NCBI GenBank assembly: GCA_002633005.1
Contig: NMRA01000528.1
Coordinates: forward strand, 1-64,000
Source of the DNA: Phoronis australis
Lineage: Eukaryota; Animalia; Phoronida
Direction: 5' to 3'
DNA: 64,000 nucleotides
Position numbers and translations under genes: made by a program
Part shown: one piece after another, positions 38,164 to 52,639 of the stretch
How positions within the stretch are numbered: position 1 is the stretch's first letter
Layout of the letters: the number at the start of each line of letters is the position of its first letter
Notes under the pieces: model-generated
Told to the model about the DNA's origin: nothing
Databases searched by the model: none
Seen by the model: only the letters and a program-made list of their open reading frames with translations

Positions 38164-38427
38164 AGATACTGTTTTTATTATTAATACAATATCTATCATA
38201 AAACCTAATTTTGATCAAAATACGAGTTAGAACCCAGAAATTTTTATGTCATGGTTTGTAGCTAACATAGCAATTGCCAAGTTTCTGAAGAACAGGAAAT
38301 TGACAATTATAGCAATTATTTTTGTCTCAAACTAGCATAGACTATAGCAGACAAGATACAAACTTAAACATGGGGTCATCAAGTGCAAATTTGAAGAATG
38401 CATTCATATTCTGACAAATGAAACAAT

Positions 38428-39260
38428 ACTGTATTCGCCCTAATAAGCACCCATGCCCATACAAGCTCCCCGCAATGCGTTTTGACTTCGCTAAAATAAG
38501 CGCCCTGCCCAATTGAACACCGTGTACATGCGAAAAATGTCTTACCTACAGTTCTAAAATTCTACAATAACATCTTCAATTTACCAATAAGATCCAACAG
38601 TCCTGAAAAAATCATTGTGCTCGTAATTTGCAGACCATTAGCCTCGCCGCTATGTTTGTATTAAGCTGTGACTATACACTTCAAACCTCTGCCGTGCTTC
38701 AAAAAGAATGCAAGCTTTGCTGATCTTGCGAGGGACGTGTCCTATTATGGTCTGACCTTTCAGAACAGACGCAGCGTACTAGTCAAACATACCTTAAATA
38801 ATACGCTTACAAGGAAGTCACGCATTTCTAGAGATATGCGGGAATTTTCACCGCTCGTCTTTCTGAGTGGCTTTTACCAGGATCAAAGAGAGCGCGACGC
38901 TGGAATCAGGTACAAATTGTGATGACCGCATTGCCCGATGCGAGCAAGACCCAATTAAATGTATTATCTGACCATAAACTGTATTAAACATCTCCGACTC
39001 TACATAATGGTGAATTTTCAAAATGCTTTAACCACTAATTTTCGTTAAAAACGAACACCACGGCTGAATTCAGCTGGAAAAAAACACCAAGTACGATTTT
39101 CGATTTTTAAAAATCGATGAACTAATAATCTAAAAACTACAACCATTGGGTACGATTGGGGATAAACTACAGGCATATTGAAATACTCAGTCGATATACA
39201 AATGCTGATCATAGTTAACAATTCGAGTGCAAACCTTGCAAGGTAGAAACGTTCAAACAG
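38428..39260. mobile_element. Copy of the dispersed DNA element, with tactgtattcgccctaataagc terminus
   Basis: The terminus is shared with 42083 (taccgtgttagccctaataagcgcccatgccc). Internal blocks are shared with 14055-14880 and 49100-49640. Confidence 0.65.
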
Positions 39261-42200
39261 ACTAAATGCAAAGCTATTCTCAATCACAATCAAACAGTAA
39301 ATTTTATTGAAGGCAATATTTGCTTTATTCAAAGCCATAAACCTGTTTTAATACATCACTCCTGACGTAGCATAGAAACAAAGGTATTTACCCACAGAGC
39401 ACTTAATTATACCAAGTACTTGGCTTGCCTCTTCAACTGCAAGGGTCACCCTTATCTCACGAGCTACTTATGGGCACTCATCCAAAAAGTATGGTTTTTG
39501 TTTCTTTGTTTGCGAGCTACAAGTCACATTTCTCATCCGATCGAAATGAAATTCACACACAACATGTGATCTGCTAATAGCTCAAAGCCTAATATTTATA
39601 GATGAAATTGGATGCAAGATGGCGGTGTGGAGGCCATTTGTGGATTTTGGATTACAGAGCCAATTAGTTTTGCAATTCGAGAAGGAATAATTCAGAATTT
39701 CAATGTGGATACAGATCTCACCAAACATTATCTGCATTGTGGCATGGGTTTTTCACTGGCTAATCATTCTTGACTCATCAGAGATCTTCCACTGACTGCT
39801 CTTTAATTGACTGAGTTTTCGTGCCACATCTATGGCATTCCTAAGGTTGTGCATAGATCTCGTCAAGAACTATCTGTGTTATGACATCTGTTTCCCACTC
39901 TGAACTTACCAGGCTCAAGGTGTTCTAAAATTTACTCATCACATGAGTATTCATTCATTGACTAAGCCCTCACTGCACTTTTGTTAGTCCACACCACTCA
40001 AGTTATAGGTAACATTTCTTAATCCAATCGACATAAAATTCATACACATGTCTTGTTAACAGCTCCAAAACCTATTGCTTTCGGTAGGAAGTGTACCCAA
40101 GATCGTGTCAAGGTGGCCATTTTTGATACGCCAATTGCCAAAAACCACTATGCTGTCCCTGGAGGAATTTTCCTGAAATTTGGTAAGTGGATATCGTCGT
40201 AAAGTGCTACCTGCATCATCAGGCATTCACTTCATGCTCCGAGTTACTGTTCCAGAGATATCCAACAATAGTGTTTGACTCACTGCACACTTGTTGGTCC
40301 ACCATACCCTTACTTAACTGCTCACAATGACCAATGCTAAACTCGCACAGGTCTCATTAATAGGACAGGACCTCTTGTTTTGGGTGAAATCAGAACCAAG
40401 GTGACGTTGACATAGAGGCCATTTGTCATTTTTTGCTTTACGGAGACATAATGGATGGTTCTGCTGATCGCGGAGGCCGGGTCCCCCCTCAACGTGAGTT
40501 CACAAGGTATTTATGGCTCAGTAATATAGCCTTTAAGGACCACTGTCTCCTAAGATTTGGTATTAACAAAGCTTTGGTATTACCAAAACTTTGGTCAGTG
40601 TCAACACTTAACTTCGATCTTTTATCGCAGTGAACAGCCCCAGTTAACTCTGAAGTGGATTTAGCAGCAAAGCCTCGAGTCACTTCAATAAAATGAGAAC
40701 ACTCAACTTTGATGCCATCTGAGTTGTAGGCAATGTGTCACCGTATTCGCCAACAGGGGGCGATCACTGGTTAATATTTGTTAAGATTTTGTTACAACAT
40801 TTGTTATTTTGGCAGTATAAGCATCCTACTTCAATTTTCCAGGTGTTGGCTAGATTCTATCCTTAGAAAATAATAATGAAAATACACTGAACGTTTAAGA
40901 CTGCACCGTCCACATTTGCAAAAAGTGAAGGTCATATTAAAGCGCCGCCTTGCGATAAATTTGCTGAACTACATCTTCGAATTTGATGTAAATGGGAAGT
41001 TCCTTTGGAACTTTCACAAACAAAAGTAGAACATGAACTCTGTGTAACATTAACCTAAGGTTATGTGGCACCTAAACCACATACCTGTGCCTACACCATC
41101 TAGAAAACTATTTTTGTAATACTGAACGTAGAAATTAACATAAGTCAGAAGAACATTTCAAACACAAGTCTTTATTCCAATACTGAAAACTGGGCGAAAC
41201 CAGTCATTCTAACAAGTAAATAATTATAACGCTTATACTACAACTAATGGTTTAACTCAGTAAAAGAATTTATTTTCTGAACCAATAAAGACTGCAGAAT
41301 TTGATTTTTCACTTTTTACAAATCTTTTATTAATTGGATAAATTGTGACCATGTCTTTTGAGTAGAATTTAGCAAAAAAGGTAAAATTGCAAAGCAAAAC
41401 AACGGTATCAATAACATGATCCAATTTTATTAAATGTTCAAGGTCTGATATCCAAATCACTGATACAGTTTTATAATGTATCATTTACTTTGGCCTTAAG
41501 CAACTTTGAACTTTTTCATAAAAATCATGAGTCTTATTTTGATAGCACTCATACCTGAAACTGGAACTTCATGTATGTCAAGCATATTATGTCAATCAGA
41601 TCACCAATCTATGAGATATGATGTTCTCAGGAGTCGGTAAAATTTGGTTATGTAGACCTTATCAGCAAGTCAAGTATCTATAAAACTATTGATTTTATCT
41701 CAGTAAAAGTACACATTTTCTAGCAGCAGAAAACCTTCAGAAGTTGATTTTTGGCTTCTTAGTAGTCTGCCAGTGACTGGGTCAGGAGAATTCTGAAAAA
41801 AAGATTGATAGCAAAACAATGTATAAACAACGTGACCCCAAATATTCAAGTTCAAGCCTCAAAAAACCCTATACACTCTTCTAAACATGTCAATCATTTT
41901 ATTGTTGTTTCATTTTATCAGCCTCCTACATAACCTTAAACAACATGGCCAAACTATACATGTATGTCATGACTGAGGAAAATGTCAAGGAAGCAACAAC
42001 TGCATTACAGGTCATATAACACAAAACTGAGCCTATCAAGCCAGACGTTAGTTGAGAATATTTCAACATATCTCAGTGTGGCTACCGTGTTAGCCCTAAT
42101 AAGCGCCCATGCCCCTGTAAGTGTCCCCGCGCATTTTCAGACTTCGCTGAAACGAGTGCCCAGCCCATGAACGTGTAGATACAAAAAATAACTAACTCAC

Positions 42201-45012
42201 AGTCCTAAAATTCTACAGTAACGTCTTCAATTTATCAACAAAAGGCGGCACTCATGAAAAAAATCATTATACGCAGAATTTCTAGACCACCAACCCAGAC
42301 CTTTATCCAGGATTTTGAAAATAGGGTGTCCAAAATGGGGTTCCCAATATTCCGAGGCGTCCATGATTCCGACGCATAACCTCCACACCCAGGACTGTTT
42401 ACAATCAATCCCCCACACACATTTTTTACAAAAAAATACGTAAACCAAAGTTTGTACATCTAAGTTTACCAAACAGCGTTCTGTAGTGAGCTTTTTTACT
42501 AAAAAAAACTGTGTATACCAAGACTGTTGCATCTAAATTTACGAAAACAGCCAAATAGCTTAACGATAAGTGCACTACGGTTTTGGTGATTTCGAGTCAA
42601 ATTGATGTTAAAAGTCATATCATTTTAATGAGCTTTAATACTCTGTAAAATGAGTCATCAGAGCTTCAGTTACAAAACAAGAAAAATGTACTTATGACGT
42701 GTGATTTATGTTTTGGCAACAAGTGTCACTACTGTTCCAAATTAAAACTTGAAACGCATATTGAAAATCATGAAACGGGCGCAAACTCAATAAATTTAAA
42801 CGGGCATAGTCTTGCGGCACAATTTTGTATTAAAATAATGACATTTATTTCGCTTTTGATGTTTTTAAAAAAAGATGAAAATCATGAAGCTACAGCTCTG
42901 AAACACCAATTTGGAGTTGTACTAATGTATGAAGCCTCCATATACATATAGTAAAAAATTATGGAGCCAAGACCACTGGGAGCATTAGAGCCACCAGTGG
43001 AAGAAACTTCGACAACAAAACCTGCTAATCCTTGAAAGGTGTTGAGGAAACTCAATGCTGTCAATCAAATGTGACCATAGCAACATTGTATATACTTTGT
43101 AAATACATTGCATATTTCATGCTGTTTTGAAAAAAGAGCCACCACTGTGAGCTCACTTGTCCCTTCAGCTAGGTGCCTAGGCTCTCTAGTTATCATTACA
43201 ATGTGTGTGTCCAAACTTGAAAGGTTCCCATTGACAGTAGACGTCCAAATGCTACATTGGGCGTCCTTGCCAGGGCGGCCATATTAGTGCTAGGGCATCC
43301 ATTTGGACGGTCAGGACCTACGCTGCAAAAAGGTAGGCACAAAACTCGTCGTTACTTCGTAATTTAGCCGTAACTTCTACCACGCTTTAAAAAGAACACA
43401 AGTTTTGTTGAATTTGTGACAAATGTGTCCCACTATGGTCTGGCCTTTCAGATCAGATACTTGTCAACAGGACTGAATGTTTTTTTTTCGAGGAAATACA
43501 AAAAATATGCAGGAAGAGCAAGTGAAAAAAGCAGAATTCCGAGTCTGGGCTGAAAATTCCAAGCCTTTTATTTCCCTAGACAATTGAAATTCACTGCTGT
43601 CATTCACAAACATCAAGCCTTAAGAAAAAAGCTGCTTTTACAAGAGCGACAGTAATTAAGTCATGGAGCCACTTGTATAAGATCACAAACTGGACCAGCA
43701 CGAGTCACTTACAGGAAGACTGTCTGCGCATGCTCTCTTAAACAACAGCGAACCACGTGAAATGCCAGAAGATCAAACAAATATATGCTATTGCGTAAGA
43801 GCACAGAAAGGTGATCCCTTTCCGTTCTGCCCCAGTTATGTTTAGAGGTAGTGTAGTTGAAACTAAAAATCGCTCTACCTATTAAATTGATGTTGAAAAC
43901 TGGCCTCGTGGTGTGGTGTCATTACCTCCGTGTCAGTCGCGCTTACACACACACGCACACGCACACAAACACACACTCTTGCACCGGATCAGCTGTTCCT
44001 TGTTAGTTGTGCCAGGTCAGGTGTCTCTTGTGTAAATGCGACTAAAGGGTTTCAGGACCTGGCTACAGCCTAAGCATTTTCAATAACTGCCCTGAAGTTT
44101 ATTTTAATAACAACAACATTACTCTCAAGTTTTTATAGAGTTCTGTAGAAATTTATCCTACGAAATCAGAAACTGAATTGTAACTCAATGAACTGGCCGA
44201 GATACACTATCCAAGGCAGAAGAAGGATTATATGATGCTAATTTCATAAATCATAACAATAAGATATTTTCAAAACATTTATTTTGTAGAACGATTTGAC
44301 CAAAATTCTTTAAGTTAACTGCTCATAAACAAAATAAATGTTTTATGCTAAACCACAACTACTGAACCAATATGGCACACATTAAACAGAAAGTGATCCT
44401 GAACCAGACAGATAATTGACATCTATCTGTAAGCCTTGATATTCTAATCTAAAGGGCAAGTAGCCACTATTTGGGCAAGTAGCCACTATTTTAAGCCATA
44501 TTGAGGAAGTAAATTGCAGGTGGCTTGACATGGCTCAGTAACCAGAAATTTTTGCTTTTCAGTTGAACAACAGAGTCAACTTCATGAACACTCAATGAAT
44601 GCATGACTCGTTGTTAACTTTATGTACAATCAATGAATGCATGACTCAGTGATCACAATCAAGGCAGTATTTTTTGTGTGAACAGCCCTACTGAAAAGGT
44701 TCACTACAATAATATTGCACAACAAATAATTTCCAAAATGTTCACTTTCCATTTTTTCAAAGGCTCATTACATTTTTACAATTAAAGGGAATTTTAACAA
44801 ATTTGATTCATGACATCTACGCACCACAATCCATGCTCGTAACAGATGAAAATATTCTTGATCTTTTTTGTGGAAAAATTTGACAAAATAGAATTTAACT
44901 TTAACCATATTGTGAGCTAAATAAGCAAAGAAATACGGTATTCTAGAGCATTCACTATTCTAAAAATCACTAAAATTTTGGACTCAGGATGTAATGCCCA
45001 TATTTCTATGTG

Positions 45013-46912
45013 TAACAACGGCAACGCAGAGCGTTGAAATACGCCCATGAATGTACCGCAAATCATGTGCTTTTAGAGTTATTTACATGTATCATAAAAA
45101 TGGCCATTAGATGGCACAAAAAGGTACAATCCATCCAAAAACGGGAACATGCCATATTTCATAAAAACCTGTCAAGGAACTCCAGAGAAACAAAAGGAAA
45201 ACAGAACAGAACAGAACAGAATGAAATTGCTACTTGTGAGCACAGCGTCCATTCGATCTGCCGAAAAGTCGTCGTATGTTATCTTCATATAAATTCACAT
45301 ACTAAATTTAATAAAGATCCTGTAGTGGGATTTGGAGATACAGCCATGGGCAAAAAAACAAAACAAAACTACCACTAGGAGGCGCCACAGTAGTCAGTCA
45401 TCATCATCAAAGCTCCTCTTCACACCGAAAACATATACGCCAATTTTCAAAACCATCCCTAGAATAATTTGGTTGATCAAGGGGTGGATGCTAAAAACTA
45501 GATTTGAAAACAGCAAAAATGGCCACTAGGTGGTGCAAAATATCTTGCTTCCATCCAAAAACAGGATATTAGCGTCATCTCACCAATAGATGCCTATATT
45601 CAAAATTTTATGAAAATCTGTTGATGACCTTTGAAGATACAGACTGGTAAACATAAAAAAACTAAAATTGCCACTAGGGGGCATATCAGTAGTCAGATCC
45701 ATCTGAAAATCATCGTCGTCCGTTGTCAACATCATATAAATACACTTGCTAAATAAAGTTAAGATCTTGCAAACAGCTTAGGAGATACAGCCATGAGCGC
45801 AAAAAACAAAACGAACACTAGGAGGTGCCACAGTAGTTGAGCTCATTGGAAAATCCTCGTCAGCCGTTCACTTTATAGTAACAACACACATGCCAATTTT
45901 CACAATTACCCTGAAAGCGGTTTGGTTAATAGACGAGTGGACGCCAAAATACAGAACCAAAAACAGTAAAAATGGCCACTAGGTGGCGCAATAAAGGTCA
46001 AATCCATCTGAAAATGGAGAGATAGCATCACCTCATTAACAGATGCCAGTATGTCAAATTTTATGAAAATACATTGAGGACCTTTAAACATACAGAGATA
46101 AATGTAAAAAAATAAAATTGCCACTAGAAGGCACACCAGTAGTCAGATCCGTCTGAAAGTCATAGTCCTCCGTTGTTAACCTCATATAAATATACTTAAT
46201 AAATTGAGTAAAGATCCTCCGAATGCTTTAGGAGATACAGCCATAAGCGCAAAAAACAAAACTGCCACTCGGAGGCGCCACAGTAGTCAAAGTCATCGGA
46301 AAATCATCGTCAACCGTCGTCTTCATAGTAAAATTATACAAGCCACAATCATACTTAGAGCAGTTTGGTTTATAGAGAGGTGGATGCTAAAAAGCAGACT
46401 CGAGATAGGGCAGCGGAGCCGGACGGAGATGACGACATAATGCGTCCACATATAAATATGTAGGCACTTAAAAATGCATTGCTGTCCACTTTATAGAAAG
46501 TACATACATGCCAATTTTCACAATCTTTCTTTGAGCGGTTTGGTTGGTAGCGGGGTGGACGCAAAGGAACGGAATCGAAAACAATCAAAATGGCCACTTG
46601 GTGGCGCAACCTATGTCAAATCCATCCGAAAATGGGAGGATAGCATCATCTCTCTAATAGGTGTCTATATACCAAATTTTATGAAAATCCGTTCAGGACA
46701 TTTGAAGATACAGAGGTAAACGTAAAAAACTAAAATTGTCACTAGAGGACACACCACCCGAAAGTTCGCTCATGCCGTCCCATCCACAGAAGGAACACGT
46801 GCAAAATTTCATGAACTTACGTTAAGGCGTTTTGGAGATAGAGCAGCAGACGCTCGATAGACGGAGCTGACGGCATAATGCGTCCACATATAAATATGTG
46901 GGCGCATAAAAA
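45013..46912. mobile_element. Helentron/HINE-like non-autonomous element with an internal ~150-bp (higher-order ~450-bp) tandem array
   Basis: One end reads taacaac followed by the hairpin caacgc-aga-gcgttg. The other end has the hairpin atgcgtccacata-taaa-tatgtgggcgcat followed by AAAAA, with a second copy at 46440-46473 and a degenerate one at ~35500-35537. The repeat units contain ccactag(g/a)tggc and ggagatacag. Confidence 0.65.
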
Positions 46913-47296
46913 TCAGTTGTAAAAAACACCGAGTATGAGAACTCAACATATGGCCAATTTCTACCATAATGACAATCAAAGGCAGTCTATCTATGGACAG
47001 GCAGCATCAAGGTCAGGGGCCCCTTTTTTGCAAACACAGCATTGTTAATCCTTCATTCTATTGGAGTCACACTTTAGAACTGGCTGATGTCTGCATGGAT
47101 TTCATTATTGACCTGGTACATGTAGGTCTGTTGATCTTTTGTCACTCTGATTTTCTTGTTACTAAATTTCAGTCAATTTTATAATAACTCCAGGCAATAT
47201 GAATTTTCTATTTGGGCAGGTTAATTTAGAATGGACCTGGCTGAAAGTCAAGTGGAAGAAAAAGTTAGTGTTGAACCTAATCATACAGCTCACAAA

Positions 47297-47361
47297 TGTG
47301 TGTGTGTGCGTGCGTGTGTGTGTGTGCGTGTGTGTGTGCGTGTGTGTGTGCGTGTGTGTGT
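47297..47361. repeat. (TG)n/(TGCG) microsatellite
   Basis: Directly visible. Confidence 0.95.
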
Positions 47362-47924
47362 AAATGTAGATAAATATAAACGGACAAATATATATATGTA
47401 AATGTATTTTTATATACATGCAATTCTTAACTATATAAACAAACATGTTTTTCAAAAGTATGACAGCATGTCTGTTGTCTTAGATATTTTGAAAATTTGT
47501 TACAACAGTTTAAACAATGTAAATTTAAATTAGTCTTCTGGCTACAACTTTGTCCAATAAAATATTCTGCTACAGTGACAATGCTGGTATTAATTATTAC
47601 GTTATCTTAGGTATCCTCACAGTAAATATGGTTACCAAACATTATTCTGGTAGGAAGATCAATTCAAAAATATTTGAAGACATTTCCAACATGTTTCCAC
47701 AGGTTACACATGATAACACACACATTCAAGTTTTGTACTTTGTCACAGTATGAATACTGTAGATTATCTATGATTTTCATTAGATAAAGTCTTATTAAAA
47801 TATTCAAAACTGAATTGAACAGCAAAATGGAATAGCCTTTCAATGTATATCTAGTTTTAGAGCACCTCTGACGTGAGTAATGTATTCTGGTCGTCAAGGA
47901 AACCATTTCGAAGGATTAGACCTG

Positions 47925-48078
47925 CCTCTCGTTCAGTAACGCTAGGACCTAGCTTAGAAGCAAGACCTTGCGAGATTACGCGAGATCTTGCAGTGTATTT
48001 CAAATAAGAGCACGTGACCTTGACTAGCTTTTGGCTAGGTCCTAGCGTAGGTTCTAGCGTCTACTGAATGAACGCCCG
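47925..48078. mobile_element. Short foldback MITE
   Basis: Inverted arms cgttcagtaacgctaggacctagc / gctaggtcctagcgt...tactgaatg. Confidence 0.6.
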
Positions 48079-49256
48079 CTTTTAAGAGTTCTTCTCTGCA
48101 AAAAAAATTAACCACCACGAATGAAATGTTATTATGCCAGAAACCTGTTCCCCCAGAGACAATTTCAAATGTAGAAAAATTCTGCAATTTCTCCAAAAAA
48201 GCCAGATCTAATTCATTTTCAGTTATATCATGTCCTATAAAAATAGGTCAAACTCTTATGAGATTCAACTTTAAAAAGACTGTCAACATTATTTTCAAGT
48301 AACCTGTATACAGTAACCACTGTAGGATTTTTTTGATAACATAAGTTGCTTGATATCGGTTATCAGTTTCTGACTTCTGTTATCTTAGAGCTCAGGAGAC
48401 CGTTCAGAAATTTGAATGAAGTTTTAGCCAAGTAACATAAAAAAATATAGAAGTTATCTCAGAAACTAGCCATTATGTGTCTATTCTCGGAGAATTTCAT
48501 TCTTGTTCAAATGAGATTAAATGATTTTTCAGAAATTGCTGTGTTGAGCATCAGACCTAACTGGGTCACTTTTTACGAAACAAACCCTAGCTATGTGCCT
48601 TATTTTGGTCGTGTTTCCCAGACCCACAACATATTTGCATTTAGTTGCTAAAACAATATCTTTTACTTTTCGAGTGTGAAAATTTGCTACCGTACCTTTG
48701 CATTAATCAGATTTCTCTTCCAATTCATAATTTTTCACTCTCAAGAGTATGGCCGCAACTCTCCATTCATTTTGCACAAAATATATCAAATTAAACATAC
48801 CGTATTTCCTAATAGTCACCTTGTGATAAATAATACAACAAACTATGACTAATTGAGGAAAAAACATCGCCGACAACTAAAAATTTGTTCTCTCATTTTT
48901 CCACGCACGATATATACCGTGCACATTAATTGTTTACAATGTTCAAGTAACAGCATGTAAGATATCTACCATCCCACAAAATTTTGAAAACTTCTGGGGA
49001 CTCGCAAAAATATGTTAACACGCATGAAATAATGATAAAAGGGCAATTTTGGCTACTAAATTTTGTTGAAAATCAGGCACGATGTGAATATTATGCTTAC
49101 AAGGAAGACGCATATTTCTAAAGATATGCTGGAATTTTCACCATTCGTCCTTCTAAGCGGCTTGTACCAGGATCAAAGATAGCTGCTGGCGACAGAGTCG
49201 GACACAGATGCGATGACCCCATTGTCCGGTGGGAGCAACGCACGATAAAGTGTAAT

Positions 49257-49487
49257 GGGGCTGTTCGGAAAATTTACATTAACTAGAGGGCGTGCGTGTA
49301 CTAGTGGTGATAGATTAACAGCCTCGATTTCGCGAGCCCTTTAAATACACGGTGAAATAGCGACGACGTATTTTGATAACAATCCTGTATTTTTACCAGC
49401 TGTTTACATGCAGACAGCGACGCATGCGCAATTCAATCACCACTAGTACAGCAGCGACACCGCGAGGAGAATTCTCCGAATAGCCCC
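49257..49487. mobile_element. PIF/Harbinger-like MITE
   Basis: TIRs ggggctgttcggaaaatt / aattctccgaatagcccc, plus inner inverted tgtactagtggtgat / atcaccactagtaca. Confidence 0.7.
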
Positions 49488-52400
49488 AAACGCCTTTGCC
49501 TTTACGGACTGGAGAATTTTAAAAATGCATAAACCACTAGTTTTCCATAAAAATAAACATCACGGCAGTACAATTCAGCTGGAAGAAACGGCTAATTATG
49601 TTTTTTTTTTATTTTAAAAAATCAAATAAGCTAAAAACTAGAAGCACTAGTTACAATTGAACATAAACAACCATGCGTTTTGATATACTTGGAGAATTTA
49701 CAAACACTGACCACAACTAGAAATATCACATGGACAATCCTTTTAGTATACAACAAACCTACATTATAACAAATATGGTGACCAAATTTGATGTTAAATG
49801 CTTTATTGCCCAGTGCATGTCGAACTTTTTTATTCGAGTAGTGCGCTAACCGTAATTCTGGTGTTTGGAAAAATGTCCCAATATTGATGGAAATCAACTG
49901 GTGAAGGAGCACGTGTAAAGACCAAATATGGCTAGCTTTAAAGTCAACGAAAAAACAAGCAGTAGGGATGGGTTCACAATTAACTGACTTCGCTGGTGAT
50001 CAAAATCTACCACTGTTTTAGTACTTCAAGCTCAAAAATAAAATGAAAGGATAGCAACCCATTCCCACCCAGCCATAAATTATTAAAAATAAAATAAGAA
50101 CAACGGGCAAGAAACACATTAAAAACCAACGTTCCTTTGGGAAGTGGGCCTTTGACAACATAACCAAAAATTATTGCGGTTAGTCATTTTATAACATATA
50201 AAGATTGGAAATAAATTTAAAACTACTCTGGACACTAACTCTGGACAAATGTCAGAGAAAATCAATTTGGGTGTTACAGGAACCTCCATTGTTGAGAAAG
50301 TGGTACTCACAGTTACCTTTGCACTTCAACAGCATAGATCTACATGAGTACAAAGGATGTGCTGAAGATGGCGATATAAAAGTTATCTGGGGCAAAGGGA
50401 ATTTTAGCCATGACCAGTGTGAGCTAGAAATTCTCCACATGGAGAGATTCCACCCTATATAGACTTCATAGTTGACAGATGAACGAAATTAACTAGTATT
50501 CAGTAACAAGTATCACCAACTGTGTAAATTTAACAAAATGGCCGAGTTGACAACTTGATATCAGTTACCAATAATTAAGTTACTTTATGCTGTTCCCATA
50601 ATTGAGTACCTAATATATTCTTTTGAGCATGACAGACTCTTAGCAGCATGTCACGCATCAAGGTCATAGTGTTCACCTCATATCATATAAATGGATGAAT
50701 TAAGCGGTGAATATACCTTGTTCAGACATTGTGATTATAATATCAGAGGTGTGTATTACTAAGAATCACAGGACTTTGCCTTGATAGTTCTGACATGCAA
50801 AACTGACTGCGAGACGAGAAATTACCATAAATACATGAGGGACAAAATAATATTCCTACAAATAACTTTGGGTTTGTGAAATGAAGTGAATGTACTAAAT
50901 ACCAGGAGAGTTAGCACATAAAGTCCCGGAGAAAAACATTTGTATTTATGAGCACTTGAACATTAGAAAGAGTTATTGACCTTTATTCAGGCCACAGACA
51001 TTTAGGACAAAATGCAATAGTTTTCATTCAGTATATTGGGGGATTCCAAGCTGCTCTCAAATAATATCATTAATAGTAGTACCAAAGGAGATTATTTAAA
51101 AAAACAACATCGTCACTCCTGTATGCATGCCTATGTTTAAACCAAAGGGGGGTGTTCATGATTTGGCCGAGAAACTAAGGCTCGTCCCTCTACTTGAGAC
51201 CGAGGAATGGTTACATGTTGATATGCCTCATTCTGTGAATTGGACGCTGGAAAGCCAATGTGGGCGAGGGGCAATTAAAGGGCAACTTGGTCCCTTTGAT
51301 GACTGATCTGCAACCTGCTCCTCCAAAAACTCCCGGAAGATCGGGTGGCTGTGTGTGGTTTCAAATCTGGCTGGGATAGCATGTGCTGCTCCAGCAGGTA
51401 GGATTTGAAAGATATTTAGTTGTTGGTAATATGTATCCACATCTGTTGACTGTTAATAAAGTTTGCTTGTGAACCTCATTTCTTTTTATTTCAACCCCAA
51501 TGTTCATCTATAATTCGGGTCTATTTGTTTATAATTCGGGTCCGGGTCAAAGTGGTGTATAATTATGTCAATACTACAAATGACATTGAATCTGATGATA
51601 CTTTATCTGTACTAGGGTGAGTGTACCGTTCATTTTAAAATACTGTATGCTTGATCATTCAGAACACATAGATCTAGGATATAAAACGGTCAACTTCCTC
51701 ATCAAACTGACTTATTCAGTCTTCTGACCTTTGTGAAACCAAACTAGATTTGTAATTTCCAATATGTATGATTGTGATTCAGATTCAGATTCAAAGAGGA
51801 TTTCCTTGCGTTTATTAGCGATAGCAGCGCATCATATGACCTTACTCTAAACCTAGTTGAAATGTTGCCAGTTAGCGCAATGTGATGGGTGAACATAATA
51901 ATGATTGATTAGTCTACCTACATTTGGAGTGCTTCAACAGTGTGTGAATAATAAAACATCAGCAAATTTGATGAAGGTGGTGAGAAATTCCTAAAAAACA
52001 CTGGAAAATATCTCGCACATCAATTCCAAAGAAATCAACTTTAAGTTCCAGTGAATTCATGACTTAAGAGTCCAGTTTGTAGATGTGCCTATAACGTGCT
52101 GCATAGACTGGCTCTTGTAAGATCTTGTGCCAGGTGACCAGTTCTTCACGCATTGGTTTACAATTCACAATAGTTCATTAATACTCCATATATGGCTGCG
52201 TGAAAACTTACTCGCTCCCACCAAGTTGGCGGCTAAGCTGACAAAACAGTCGCGATATCTAAACACTGAAAAATCACATCGTTTGTTCAAAAATCACAAT
52301 TACCACCTGGCACTTGAAGGGCAATTCCATTTGTGATGGACGTACAATCAGAGAACATTTTGATCAGTTGTGAAAAAGATGTTCATCCGAGGAACATAAG

Positions 52401-52639
52401 AAATTCACCAATTGAAAGGTCTCTTGATAGCTTTCAAAGCGTGTATCAAGTTTTACCTTATCTTTTACTCTTACTGAGAAAATTGGCTTTAAAGGGGTGT
52501 GACGAAAGTACGCAAAGAATTTGATTTTTTTTAAATTTTTAAGTTAATTTTCTGTGAGTTGCATAAGTTACAATTTTTTGTTTTAAATGATGATATAGTG
52601 GAATGTTAGCAAAGTGCAACAGACTATTTTTTTGATGAT

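Noticed and set aside
42630-42665. Other CTGATGA/CTGAAGA hammerhead-like seeds (e.g. 42655, 14585, 16546, 27333)
   Set aside because: They lack the GAAA and NUH core elements after the putative stem II.
45013-46912. CRISPR-like regularly spaced repeats
   Set aside because: The intervening sequences are homologous to each other, the context is eukaryotic, and there are no cas genes.
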